Assembly (NCBI GenBank): GCA_963668675.2
Contig: CAXXMB010000002.1
Coordinates: 2,880,001-2,944,000, forward strand
Direction: 5' to 3'
Source: an uncultured Desulfatitalea sp.
GTDB taxonomy: Bacteria; Desulfobacterota; Desulfobacteria; Desulfobacterales; Desulfosarcinaceae
DNA length: 64,000 bases
Position numbers and translations under genes: made by a program. Positions 1 to 9,341 of the stretch are shown here, piece by piece. Position 1 is the first letter of the stretch. Each line of letters starts with the position of its first letter. The notes beneath the pieces were generated by a model, which saw only the letters and a program-made list of their open reading frames with translations, did no database searches and was not told the DNA's origin.

Positions 1-514
1 GGTGGATCAAAAGGAATTCGGCCGCTACGAGAATATTGAATTGGTGCTCCTGCAATGCCTTGAACCGAATTGCCTTGCCCGGTCCCAATTCATACACTTG
101 CTCGGCTATTGTCACGCTTATTTTTCCTGAAAGCACCATACATACTTCAGCGGTATTTTCATGCCGCTCCGGCTCCCAAATTTTCTGAGCACCTTTTTCT
201 GCCTTAACGTGGTAAATCTCAAAGCCGGGGAACCATGTGTGGGAAACGTTGATCCCTTTTCTCTTGAATGTGTCCAAGGTGCCTTGCTCGCATTGGGCGA
301 CCTCGGCGAGACGTATCAAATCGCTCGAAGACAAGTTAAAAACAAGGCTCAAGGACTCAATCGTGTCCAATGTGGGGTTACCACCTCCGCCTTCGATCTT
401 CATGATCGTCGCTCTCGTCAAACCGGCCTTCTTGGCCAGTTGGTCGGCGGTTAGGCCCCACTTTAGACGAAGGGTGCGGACAACCGAGAAATCGAATCGT
501 GACAAATTAGCCAT
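1..514 (-). CDS. XRE-family HTH + cupin transcriptional regulator (runs off the left window edge)
   Basis: Manual translation from ATG at 514: MANLSRFDFSVVRTLRLKWGLTADQLAKKAGLTRATIMKIEGGGGNPTLDTI (HTH_3-like), then HENTAEVYVVLSGKISVTIAEQVYELGPGKAIRF (cupin). Not in the ORF track. Confidence 0.85.
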   Translation of the reverse strand, partial: MANLSRFDFSVVRTLRLKWGLTADQLAKKAGLTRATIMKIEGGGGNPTLDTIESLSLVFNLSSSDLIRLAEVAQCEQGTLDTFKRKGINVSHTWFPGFEIYHVKAEKGAQKIWEPERHENTAEVCMVLSGKISVTIAEQVYELGPGKAIRFKALQEHQFNILVAAEFLLIH

Positions 515-703
515 CAACCATTCCAGTCTATATGTTAATTTTAATAGTCATTTTGTATGATATAAGTCAATGCCTATATGACCGTTTAACATTGGAGGGG
601 CCATTTTTTAGCACAAAGGTATATTCTGATATGCTCGTTTCGGCTTAACGTATGCCCTACCGTGCTATTGCATCGCGAAAAGCTAAAACCCCAAAGGAGA
701 TCC

Positions 704-855
704 ATGAATCCTCGTATAAAAATCAAATCCCCAACTTAGATCGTATTGGAGGATAGATTAAAGATATCGAGAAGATGATAGAAGACCAACGCCATTGTGT
801 GGATATTCTAACCCGGCTAAAAGCAGTTCAGGCGGCCATCTACAAAGTGAAATCT
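704..855 (+). pseudogene. CsoR/RcnR-family metal-sensing repressor remnant
   Basis: Frame reads NLDRIGG*IKDIEKMIEDQRHCVDILTRLKAVQAAI, matching the CsoR motif RLxRIEGQ..GI.KM.E...C.DIL.Q..AV.AA. TAG at 754-756; the ATG at 704 is out of frame. Confidence 0.75.
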
Positions 856-885
856 GTTTCTATCTGTTCTCGCTTAATGCATAAC

Positions 886-1167
886 CTATCCATTATTATC
901 CACCCGCCGCTTCAGCTCCGTTCCCACTTTGAAAAACGGCAGCTTTTTCGATTTCACCTCAACGGGTTCGCCAGTCTTTGGATTGCGGGCCACATAAGGC
1001 TTATATTTCTTGACGTATATGCTGCACAGTCCACGGATTTCAACTCGATCAACATTTGCAAGAGCTTTGGCCATAGAATCGAAAAAGATGTTGAAACATT
1101 TGGTGGCTTCAGCTTTTGTGAGGTTTTGAGACTCTTTCAGAGCTTCGATCAATTCAAGTTTGTTCAT
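886..1167 (-). CDS. HU/IHF-family DNA-binding protein
   Basis: MNKLELIEAL...RVEIRGLCSIYVKKYKPYVARNPKTGEPVEVKSKKLPFFKVGTELK. Confidence 0.93.
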   Translation of the reverse strand: MNKLELIEALKESQNLTKAEATKCFNIFFDSMAKALANVDRVEIRGLCSIYVKKYKPYVARNPKTGEPVEVKSKKLPFFKVGTELKRRVDNNG

Positions 1168-1207
1168 TGTTTCTCCCGATAAGGATTTGAATTTAAATAA
1201 TATCTAA

Positions 1208-1303
1208 TGGTCAAAATTAACAGTTTACATCGAAGCCGGGCATTTAAAACCGGACAACAACTCTGCCGAAAATGTTATCTACCCATTCGTTGTGGGAAGA
1301 AAT
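1208..1303 (+). pseudogene. IS66 tnpC fragment
   Basis: Translates WSKLTVYIEAGHLKPDNNSAENVIYPFVVGRN, versus WSKLAVYIEDGRYKPDNNAAENAIRPFVLGRK in the intact TnpC at 2561-4150. Confidence 0.8.
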
Positions 1304-2560
1304 TATGTAGATTTGTCGATTATGCAGACTTAGCCAATAGCGCCAATTCAGATTCTTAAATCAAGCTAAGCAAATTCAAATAGTTATTAAATATCGAGAT
1401 GATGCTGTTGGCAAGCTTTTTTCCCACATAATCACAACAAGTCAAGAAACGTCAGTGCATCATTTGATGTATAAAACGCACTACATTTGCATGATACGTG
1501 GCCATTTTTCTCAAAGCCATTTATTTCATTTCGGGCCTATCTACTAAAGTAAGGCCGTTGTGACCGTATCTGTCACAGTGATGCGTTAAGATCTCCTCAA
1601 AAACCAAAATTGAGGAGGTCACATGAACATCGAGCAATTAAATATCCAGTTTTCAAATGAGGCCATTTGTCGTGATTTTTTCGAAGCAGCCAGATGGCCC
1701 AATGGGCGTATTTGCCCACATTGTTCTTTTATTATTTCGTACAAGATCAATATTAGCGGCCCTATCCAGGATCGATACGAATGCAAGCGGTGCAAAAAAC
1801 AATTTACCGTCACAACCAAGACGGCCCTTCACAGTACCAAATTGCCGCTTCGCAAATGGATACTGGCCATGTATTTGATCGTCAGTTCAAGCAAAGAGAT
1901 CTCCTCGGTGATCCTGGCGCGGTTAATTGGCGTAAGGCAACCCACAGCTTGGCGAATAGGCCATGCGATCCGGCAGATGATGGACCCGAGTCGCTCCGAT
2001 GCAGGCTTGCTGCAAGGCATTGGCGAACTGGATGAACAATATGTCGGTGATACTCCACAACCCAAGAAAGGCGTCGTTCACAAACGCGGCAAAGGCACCT
2101 CCAAACAGTGAGTGATGATTGCCGTCGAGCGCCATGGTCCCGTGCGGGCCGTTCCTGTTGCAAACGAAAAGGCCGATACGTTGAAGCCGATCATTAACCG
2201 TTTAGTCGATAATAGCGCCCATCTAATGAGCGATGAGCACAGGTCCTGTCTTCATATCGGTCGACAGTATTCAGCCCATTCACATGTGACTCATTCCAAG
2301 GGCGAGTATAGCCGGGGTCAAGTGCACTGTAATACGGCTGAGTCGCTTTCATCCATTGTTCAAAGAGCTCGTATCGGTGTATTTCATTACCTTAGCAAAA
2401 GTTATCTGTTCCGGCATCTCAATGAATTTAGCTTTCGCTGGGACCATCGTGTTCCGGTAACAACTCTGACAACTGCTGGAAAAGAGAAAACGGTAATGAA
2501 ACCAATTCTGGTCAAAGATATGCTGTTTCTTTGTAAGCGTCAAAGGAAGTACACCTGCAC

Positions 2561-4150
2561 CTATGCGCGGGATGAGCTGATCAGTTCAGTATCTATGTTC
2601 TGTGGAAGCAGGTCGCGGTAACCATCTTGATCTTTGACAAGCGGAAGATTTTCAAACAGACAGCGAAGGTATGAGTATGGCTCCAACCCATTGGCCTTGG
2701 CGGTTTCAATCAGGGCAAAGAACGTTGCGGCGGCATCAGCCCCATTGGGAGCACCGGCAAACAGCCAATTCTTCCTTCCTAGAACAAACGGGCGGATGGC
2801 ATTTTCGGCAGCGTTGTTGTCAGGTTTATAACGCCCATCTTCGATATACACAGCCAGCTTGGACCAGTTGCGGAGGCTATAGTTGATGGCGATGCCCAAA
2901 AGCCCTTTCGGAGGTGTTAACGGCTGCGTCTTTTCCAGCCACTTTTCAAACGCATCCAGGATCGGCTTGGCTTTCTCCTGGCGAAGGGCATGGATCTGCT
3001 CCGGTGACATCTGCTGATCCCGAGCGAGCCTTTCAACTTTGTACAATAGGCCGATGTGCTCCAACGCCTCATCTGCCAGGGTTTGGGTATCGGCCCGGTT
3101 GCCCCGGTTTTTTTTGCGGGCCTTGATCACCTCGGTAAATTTGCGACGGGCATGCGCCCAGCACCCCATGTGTACGATGCCGGTCTTTTTGCCCAGGTAA
3201 TCATAGCCGTCATAATCGTCGCTTTGGATCGTGCCTTTGTAATCATCCAAAAACGTCAAGGCTACTTTACCGCTGCGGGTGGGATGATACCGGTACAACA
3301 CGCTCGGGTGATCGTATCGCCCACCGCAAAAGACCCACATGTAAGATTTGCTGGTGTTGTTCCGGCCGGGCTCTTTTAAGACCTGAAGCGGCGTTTCGTC
3401 CATCTGGATCAAGGGACCTTCGCGGATTTCATGCTCGATCAGTTCGATCAAGGGACTGCACCGCCGGGCCGCCTGCACCAGCCAATTGGCCATGGTGGCA
3501 CGCGACAGATCGACACCCAAACGGGCAAACATCTTTTGCTGACGGTAAAGCGGCAGGGCGTCGGCAAACTTGGACACGACGATGTGCGCCAAAAGCCCTT
3601 CGGTGGCATTCGACTTTTCGATCAGCTGTACCGGGGCCGGCGCGATCTTTACCGTGGGGCCTTCATCTTCGACGCCCTCGCAGCCTTTGCAGGCATATTT
3701 GTACCGGACGTGGCGAAGCACCCTGATCTTGGCCGGGATGTAGTCGAGCTTTTCGCAGGTTTCCTGGCCGATACGGCTCAGCTTTGCCCCGCAGGCGCAC
3801 ACCTTTTGCTCTTCGGGCAGATCGTGGATGACCTCGACGCGCGGCAGATCCTCGGGCAACGGTTTGCGACCGCGCTTGCGCCGCTTGTGGGCAGGGACAA
3901 CGATCTGCTGTGTTGCCGGTTCTGGATCGGGCGTATCGTCCAGTTGACCAAAAATCGGCATCTGGCGATCATCGCCCTGGCGGCGTTGTTCACTCTTTCG
4001 GCCAAACAGCTCGTTTTGCAATAAGCGGATGCGCTCTTCCAGGTAATGGATCTTTTCCTGGTACTTTTGATCGATGGCTTCGATCAAAGAAGCAATGTCT
4101 TGCTTGGATAAGCGAACATCATCAGGCAGGCTGGACAGATCCGATTTCAT
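2561..4150 (-). CDS. tnpC: IS66 transposase TnpC
   Basis: LFGRKSE, Zn finger, DETP, CWAHARRKF, DNNAAENAIRPFVLGRKNWLF. Confidence 0.95.
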   Translation of the reverse strand: MKSDLSSLPDDVRLSKQDIASLIEAIDQKYQEKIHYLEERIRLLQNELFGRKSEQRRQGDDRQMPIFGQLDDTPDPEPATQQIVVPAHKRRKRGRKPLPEDLPRVEVIHDLPEEQKVCACGAKLSRIGQETCEKLDYIPAKIRVLRHVRYKYACKGCEGVEDEGPTVKIAPAPVQLIEKSNATEGLLAHIVVSKFADALPLYRQQKMFARLGVDLSRATMANWLVQAARRCSPLIELIEHEIREGPLIQMDETPLQVLKEPGRNNTSKSYMWVFCGGRYDHPSVLYRYHPTRSGKVALTFLDDYKGTIQSDDYDGYDYLGKKTGIVHMGCWAHARRKFTEVIKARKKNRGNRADTQTLADEALEHIGLLYKVERLARDQQMSPEQIHALRQEKAKPILDAFEKWLEKTQPLTPPKGLLGIAINYSLRNWSKLAVYIEDGRYKPDNNAAENAIRPFVLGRKNWLFAGAPNGADAAATFFALIETAKANGLEPYSYLRCLFENLPLVKDQDGYRDLLPQNIDTELISSSRA

Positions 4151-4214
4151 GCCTGCGTGTATAGCATAACCGGCCGTTATTTTAAAGGGAATTTCTTAAA
4201 AAGAAGTAAAATAT

Positions 4215-4562
4215 TTATGCTACTGCAGAGTAGTATAATCGTTCGTGGGCACTAGTAAAGTCCAGGCCCGCCAGAAGCCAGTTCAACTGTTTAGTGCCGA
4301 TGGTCACCACCTCGTCAACTGACGTCGGCCATTTAAAGCGATGCTTTTCAAGACGCTTGTGCCACAGACAAAAACCGTTGTGGGCCCAGTACAGGATCTT
4401 GATGATGGTGCGCGCCCGGTTGCAAAACACGAACAGATCCCCTGAAAAGGGGTTTAACGACATGTCCTGCTCGACCATGATCGAAAGCCCGTTGATGGCC
4501 TTTCTCATATCGGTGTGCCCGACGGCGAGAAAGACGCGCTGAGTTTTTAGCGGCAGCATCAT
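4215..4562 (-). CDS. tnpB: IS66 accessory protein TnpB
   Basis: TDMRKAINGL...LFVFCNR...KRLEKHRFKWP; start overlaps the tnpA stop (ATGA). Confidence 0.93.
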   Translation of the reverse strand: MMLPLKTQRVFLAVGHTDMRKAINGLSIMVEQDMSLNPFSGDLFVFCNRARTIIKILYWAHNGFCLWHKRLEKHRFKWPTSVDEVVTIGTKQLNWLLAGLDFTSAHERLYYSAVA

Positions 4563-4891
4563 AGCACCTTGATCGTTGCGATGAGTTGTCGCAGCACATG
4601 CGGATCGAAGTTGCCGGGGACATCGATACAAAACCCGTTGGGGGTGTGCAACTTCAATGTTGCCTGATGAACCGGCACGGGAAGATGGGATGCCACTTTC
4701 AGCGGTACGAATGAGATGCTCTGCTCGGTTTTTGACAAGCGGTTTTTCCAGTAGCTCATCTGGTATTGCTTGATCCCGTGCTCCTGGCAATAGGCTGCTT
4801 GCTTCAAACCACTTTGTTGCCAGGCGTTAATGTGGTGTTGCCAATACTTGCGCTTTTGTTTGCGAGTTTCGTTCGAACTGGTGGTGCTCAT
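4559..4891 (-). CDS. tnpA: IS66 accessory protein TnpA
   Basis: WQHHINAWQQSGLKQAAYCQEHGI...YWK HTH; first ORF of the IS66. Confidence 0.9.
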   Translation of the reverse strand: MSTTSSNETRKQKRKYWQHHINAWQQSGLKQAAYCQEHGIKQYQMSYWKNRLSKTEQSISFVPLKVASHLPVPVHQATLKLHTPNGFCIDVPGNFDPHVLRQLIATIKVL

Positions 4892-5430
4892 CTGTGCGCC
4901 TCCTTATCGGAAATTTTGGCGCACTATGGCATGGCTGCTATCGTTTGAGAAGATGGGGTTAATTGAACCCTTACGTTTCTTTTAATCATGAGATGTTCCG
5001 GCCCCCATCTGCGAAGAACTAAAAAATGGGGCATACAGGACGTCGCGTTTGCTAAACCTTAGTTTGGTAGATAGGCTCGTTTCATTTTAATATCCGCCTG
5101 CATGTAGTGATGAGTGGTGGTAATATTTTTATGACCCAACCATAGTGCTATGATTGATATGTACACGCCTGATTGCAGGAAATGCATGGCCGTTGTGTGA
5201 CGAATTGTATGAGGAGACATTTTTTGTGTTTAAGCGAAAGGCATCGACGATTGGCTTTTGTGACAACCATTTGCAATTGTTTCCCCACGCCAGACCTTGT
5301 CATTGGTCGACCGAAACGGTTATCCTCATAGCCTTCTGAATACGGTTTGCTTTAGATTTGTGGATCGATATTGAGTGTATTGCTCCGAATGGCGGTTTAA
5401 TTATTTTTAGAAAGCTTTTTACGAAATTAG

Positions 5431-5462
5431 TTGACAATTAAAAATAGCCAACGTATGTTCTC
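5431..5462 (+). promoter_or_regulatory. Sigma70 promoter of the TetR gene overlapping a putative operator
   Basis: TTGACA (5431-5436), 17 bp, TATGTT (5454-5459). CCAACGTATGTTCTC (5448-5462) recurs inverted at 6572-6586. Confidence 0.65.
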
Positions 5463-5544
5463 TAATTATGAACATCCCTAATTTAGAATCCGTTTATCGC
5501 CTTTGTCGTTGGGAACCAAATTTTGAGGACGAATAGCATAACAA

Positions 5545-6192
5545 GTGACTTATAAGGAAATTAAAGTGGTTACGGAGAAAACCTATTCTAAGGTCAAAAA
5601 TGAAGTATTAGTGTCGGAAAAACGTGCAAGAATTGTTGATGCTGCTAGTAAATTATTTTCACAAAAAGGATATCATAGGACAACTATGAGAAATATTTCG
5701 GAGGAATCCGGAATAGAGCTATCATATTTATACAAATTTATTTCAAGTAAGGATGATATATTATTTTTGTTCCATGAATATGTTCATAGTAAATATTCTC
5801 CTCTATATAAAATGATAGAGTCTTCGGAAGGGGAAGACCCAGTCGTATTAATGAAAAATATCTTGGTCCTGATACTCAGGATCCTACGTCAAATACCATC
5901 TGAAATACTTACAATGTATTCAGAAAGCCGCCACCTTGAAAAAGATTCATTAAAAGTAGTACTTCAAAAAGAAACTCAAATGATAAAAATAATTGAAGGC
6001 TTAATAAAACGAGGAGTCGAGTGTGGTAAATTCAAGGTTAATGAATCTTTCCTTGCAGCTAATATTATACAGTATTTAATTACAATCGAGTGCATCCGTG
6101 GGTGGAGTTTTAAAAAAAATAACACCTCAAAATCAATTGAGGATTCAGTAATAAACTTTATCATGGCCGGCCTCGGATCTATTGAAAAATAG
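5545..6192 (+). CDS. TetR/AcrR-family regulator
   Basis: RIVDAASKLFSQKGYHRTTMRNISEESGIELSYLYKFISSKDDIL. Confidence 0.92.
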   Translation: MTYKEIKVVTEKTYSKVKNEVLVSEKRARIVDAASKLFSQKGYHRTTMRNISEESGIELSYLYKFISSKDDILFLFHEYVHSKYSPLYKMIESSEGEDPVVLMKNILVLILRILRQIPSEILTMYSESRHLEKDSLKVVLQKETQMIKIIEGLIKRGVECGKFKVNESFLAANIIQYLITIECIRGWSFKKNNTSKSIEDSVINFIMAGLGSIEK

Positions 6193-6571
6193 TGTTGAAC
6201 AGAGAACCGAACTTACCATCGAATCAAAAAAGGCATGTGTCCGTATGGCCAGAATGGTTTTTGCATCAGAATTAGCTTAATTGAACATGAGATTCGATAC
6301 CTTTTTACCTGATGCGATATCATTCAAAATGATGGAATCTTATTGGTAAGGTGACACTTGATGCAGAAAAAGTAGTCAAGTTAGTTACCATTAACTGATC
6401 CAAAAGACGAATTTGGTAACTGAAGTTTTGTAAATGCAAGTGCTTATTTGTCCCAATCTTGAAAGAACAACTGTAGCGGAAATCGTCATCGACGGTACTC
6501 CTTATTAATCTTGCTATAGTCTCTAATATCATTTTTAAAGTTTATGTTTTGTAAATAAAGATTATTTTAGT

Positions 6572-6586
6572 GAGAACATACGTTGG
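6572..6586. promoter_or_regulatory. Putative TetR operator upstream of the thiolase operon
   Basis: GAGAACATACGTTGG is the exact reverse complement of 5448-5462; AAC-N4-GTT dyad. Confidence 0.6.
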
Positions 6587-6739
6587 TTTTTTCGATATGG
6601 TAGCTCATCGGCCCACAAGTTTGGTAATGTTGCTTTGATATATATATCCTTAAGCAGTTCACTGCATGACTTTTTACGGATATTAAATCATAATAATTAA
6701 AAGACAAGTAGTATTCTTGTCAAAAAAAGGAGCTTTTTA

Positions 6740-7954
6740 ATGGTAAAAGATAATGATGTTGTAATCGTAAGCGCCGTAAGAACGCCATTTGACAAATTTG
6801 GTGGTGTTTTAAAGGAGTGGCCGAGCATAGAATTGGGGGCTGCGGTTATTAAGGAGGTAATCGAACGGGTAAATTTGAATGGTAGTGAAGTGGAAGAGGT
6901 TTTCTATGGCACCTGCCTCCCGGCCGAAACAGCCATGGAAACTAATATACCTGCGAGGTTAGCAATATTAAAAGCAGGCCTCCCTCCGGAGACGCGTTCG
7001 CTCACAATCGATCGGGCCTGTTGCTCATCACTCACTGCCGTGAGTCTATGTTTTGAAGCAATAAAATCTGGTCGTGCTAAAGTTTGTTTGGCGGCTGGTG
7101 CCGAAAATATGAGTCGCGCTTCATTGTTAATTCCATCGACTTCACGCTGGGGAACGCGAATTGGTCATATGAAAGCTGTAGATGTGTTATTTCAACTTGG
7201 TTATCGAGATTATAATCCAGTTAGTGTTGACGCTGGTGAGGTCGCGGTTGAAATGGGAGTAAATAGAGAGGAGCAGGATAACTGGGCTTATCAGAGTCAA
7301 CAACGTTACGCGCGAGCCTTTGAGGAAGGAAAATTCAAGGTGGGTGAAGAGTTGATGAGCCTGACCTTGCCTTCCAAAAAGGGCACCATACTTTTTGATA
7401 CTGATTCCGGGGTTAGACCGAATACAACTATCGAGAAGTTGGAATCTCTCAAACCGGTTTATGGTAGCCCTACAGTGACAGCTGGGAATGCCCCGGGTCT
7501 AAGTTCCGGGGCAGCGGCAATTTTGATTATGAGTGGGGCTAAGGCTAAAGATTTAAACCTTAAACCAATGGCTACAATTGTGTCCGGGAGCGGAGTAGCC
7601 GGACCAGCTAGAGAAATCGCTAAAATACCGGCTGCTGCCATTAAGAAGGCATTAGACGATGCGAATCTTAGGCTTGATGATTTAAAACTTATCGAAATAA
7701 ATGAGGCCTTTGCTGCAATGCCATTAGTGGCAAGTAAAATCATGGCAAATGGAAATAATAAAAAACTTCAAGATTTGAGAAAAAGAATCAATGTAAATGG
7801 TGGTGCTATTGCTATTGGACATCCCGTTGGTGCTTCAGGTGCACGAATTCTTATGACGCTAATGTTTGAGCTTCGGCGAAAGGGGGGGGGATTGGGTGCA
7901 GCAACCATATGCGGAGGACTTTGTCAGGGTGAAGCAACCACAATACAAGTATAG
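6740..7954 (+). CDS. Thiolase (acetyl-CoA C-acyltransferase)
   Basis: RTPFDKFGG, ACCSSL, EINEAFA, GGAIAIGHPVGASG, ICGG. Confidence 0.95.
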   Translation: MVKDNDVVIVSAVRTPFDKFGGVLKEWPSIELGAAVIKEVIERVNLNGSEVEEVFYGTCLPAETAMETNIPARLAILKAGLPPETRSLTIDRACCSSLTAVSLCFEAIKSGRAKVCLAAGAENMSRASLLIPSTSRWGTRIGHMKAVDVLFQLGYRDYNPVSVDAGEVAVEMGVNREEQDNWAYQSQQRYARAFEEGKFKVGEELMSLTLPSKKGTILFDTDSGVRPNTTIEKLESLKPVYGSPTVTAGNAPGLSSGAAAILIMSGAKAKDLNLKPMATIVSGSGVAGPAREIAKIPAAAIKKALDDANLRLDDLKLIEINEAFAAMPLVASKIMANGNNKKLQDLRKRINVNGGAIAIGHPVGASGARILMTLMFELRRKGGGLGAATICGGLCQGEATTIQV

Positions 7955-8067
7955 AAATTTAAAACAACTTCTTACAATTGTGGGTTTCCGCTGATAAAAA
8001 ACCAATGGTATCAAAAAACATGGTTAATATAGGTAGTATGACCGGATCATTTTTGATGGAGGTTCAA

Positions 8068-9204
8068 ATGGATTTTGAGATAGATAGGGAAGTGCGAATG
8101 ATTCAGAAATCAATTGCTGAATTTTCAAAAAAAGAGCTTGCACCCTATGCCGCTGGGATAGATGAGACTCATACTTTTCCTCGAAAAGCATGGGAAAAAC
8201 TCAGTAAACTTTCCTGCATGGGCCTGCTAACCGATGAACACTATGGGGGGATGGGGTATGGCTATGACGCCATGGTTGCCGTGATGGAAGAATTGGGGAA
8301 GGGGTGCGTTGCCACAGCAGGAACGTATTCCGTTCATCTCACAACTCAGTATATGATACAAAAATATGGATCAGAGGAACTTAAAAAAAGGTTTCTTCCT
8401 AAAATGACATCTGGAGAAAAAATCGGAGCTATCTCCATAAGTGAGCCACAAGCAGGTTCCGATGTTTCAGCTTTGAGCGCAACGGCTGAAATAAATGGTA
8501 GTAACTATTTAATAAATGGAACGAAAATTTTTGTTACCACTGCTGGAGAAGCCGATATCTATCTGGTCATGGTGAAAACTAAATCTAAAGATAAACATAA
8601 AGGTATTTCTGCTATTATCGTGGAAAAGGGTACCGAAGGTTTTGCTTTTGGTAAGCTCGAAAATAAAATGGGGTACTGCGGTTCTCCTACTGGAGAACTG
8701 ATTTTTAAGAATTGCGTAGTTCCAAAAAACAACCTGATCGGTGAAGAGGGACGAGCTTTTCCAATGCTAATGGATACACTTGATCGTGGAAGAATATCGG
8801 TGGGGGCCACCGCGCTTGGTATTGCCCAAGCAGCATACGAAACCGCTCTCAAGCATACAAAAGAACGCCATCAGTTCGGAAGCGCACTATGCAAATTTCA
8901 AGGCATCCAATGGATGCTGGCCGAAATGGCCACAAAGATATCAGCTTCACGGCTTCTTCTATATAAGGCTGCAGATTTTGCCAATAAAAAAAAACCATTT
9001 ATCAAAGAGGCCTCCATGGCCAAATGGTTTGCGACTGATTCGGCCATGTACGTGACTACTGAAGCAGTCCAGCTTTTTGGTGGTTACGGTTATACCAAGG
9101 ATTATCCAGTTGAAAGGTATATGCGTGAAGCTAAAATATTTCAAATTGTGGAAGGAACTAATCAAATTCAAAGAAATATTATCGCAAAACAATTATTAAA
9201 GTAG
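8068..9204 (+). CDS. Acyl-CoA dehydrogenase
   Basis: [38 protein letters not shown] before ATG 8068. Confidence 0.95.
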   Translation: MDFEIDREVRMIQKSIAEFSKKELAPYAAGIDETHTFPRKAWEKLSKLSCMGLLTDEHYGGMGYGYDAMVAVMEELGKGCVATAGTYSVHLTTQYMIQKYGSEELKKRFLPKMTSGEKIGAISISEPQAGSDVSALSATAEINGSNYLINGTKIFVTTAGEADIYLVMVKTKSKDKHKGISAIIVEKGTEGFAFGKLENKMGYCGSPTGELIFKNCVVPKNNLIGEEGRAFPMLMDTLDRGRISVGATALGIAQAAYETALKHTKERHQFGSALCKFQGIQWMLAEMATKISASRLLLYKAADFANKKKPFIKEASMAKWFATDSAMYVTTEAVQLFGGYGYTKDYPVERYMREAKIFQIVEGTNQIQRNIIAKQLLK

Positions 9205-9341
9205 CAAGACTTATCTACTTATTAGGTAAATATAAAAAATAATTAGTATGTGTCAAAATTTCCTGTTTAGTAAAAGAAACTATAATTATATCTTTGACAA
9301 AGCACATTTGAACCCGCTAACGCTATCAATGGAGGCATAGA

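Larger units (their letters stand above)
2533..4974 (-). mobile_element. IS66-family insertion sequence, apparently intact
   Basis: Ends GTAAGCGTC... and ...GAACCCTTAC; 8-bp TSD GTTTCTTT at 2525-2532 and 4975-4982; tnpA-tnpB-tnpC layout. Confidence 0.95.
1623..5062 (+). pseudogene. IS1595 transposase, inactivated (in-frame TGA at 2109-2111; IS66 inserted at 2533)
   Basis: Zn-ribbon CPHC..CKRC plus ELDEQYVG, MSDEH, NTAES and LNEFSFRW motifs. After removing the IS66 the frame continues LIMRCSGPHLRRTKKWGIQDVAFAKP* to 5062. Confidence 0.88.
1532..5079 (+). mobile_element. IS1595-family insertion sequence (contains nested IS66)
   Basis: Terminal IRs CGGGCCTATCTACTAAAGTAAGG and revcomp CGAGCCTATCTACCAAACTAAGG; 8-bp TSD TTTCATTT at 1524-1531 and 5080-5087. 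Confidence 0.92.
1432..5321 (-). pseudogene. RIT-type tyrosine recombinase C-terminal remnant, split by IS1595 (pieces about 5321-5080 and 1531-1432)
   Basis: Minus strand reads NRFGRPMTRSGV...(frameshift)...SPHTIRHTTAMHFLQSGVYISIIALWLGHKNITTTHHYMQADIKMK, then across the IS: *MALRKMATYHANVVRFIHQNDALTFLDLL*. HxxR, LGH and catalytic Tyr motifs are present. Confidence 0.8.

Noticed and set aside
775..1182. 135-aa ORF as a real gene
   Set aside because: Chimera of the CsoR remnant and the antisense strand of the HU/IHF gene.
2109..2111. In-frame TGA in the IS1595 transposase as selenocysteine or programmed readthrough
   Set aside because: No SECIS-like hairpin recognised and the gene is also disrupted by IS66; a simple nonsense mutation is more parsimonious.
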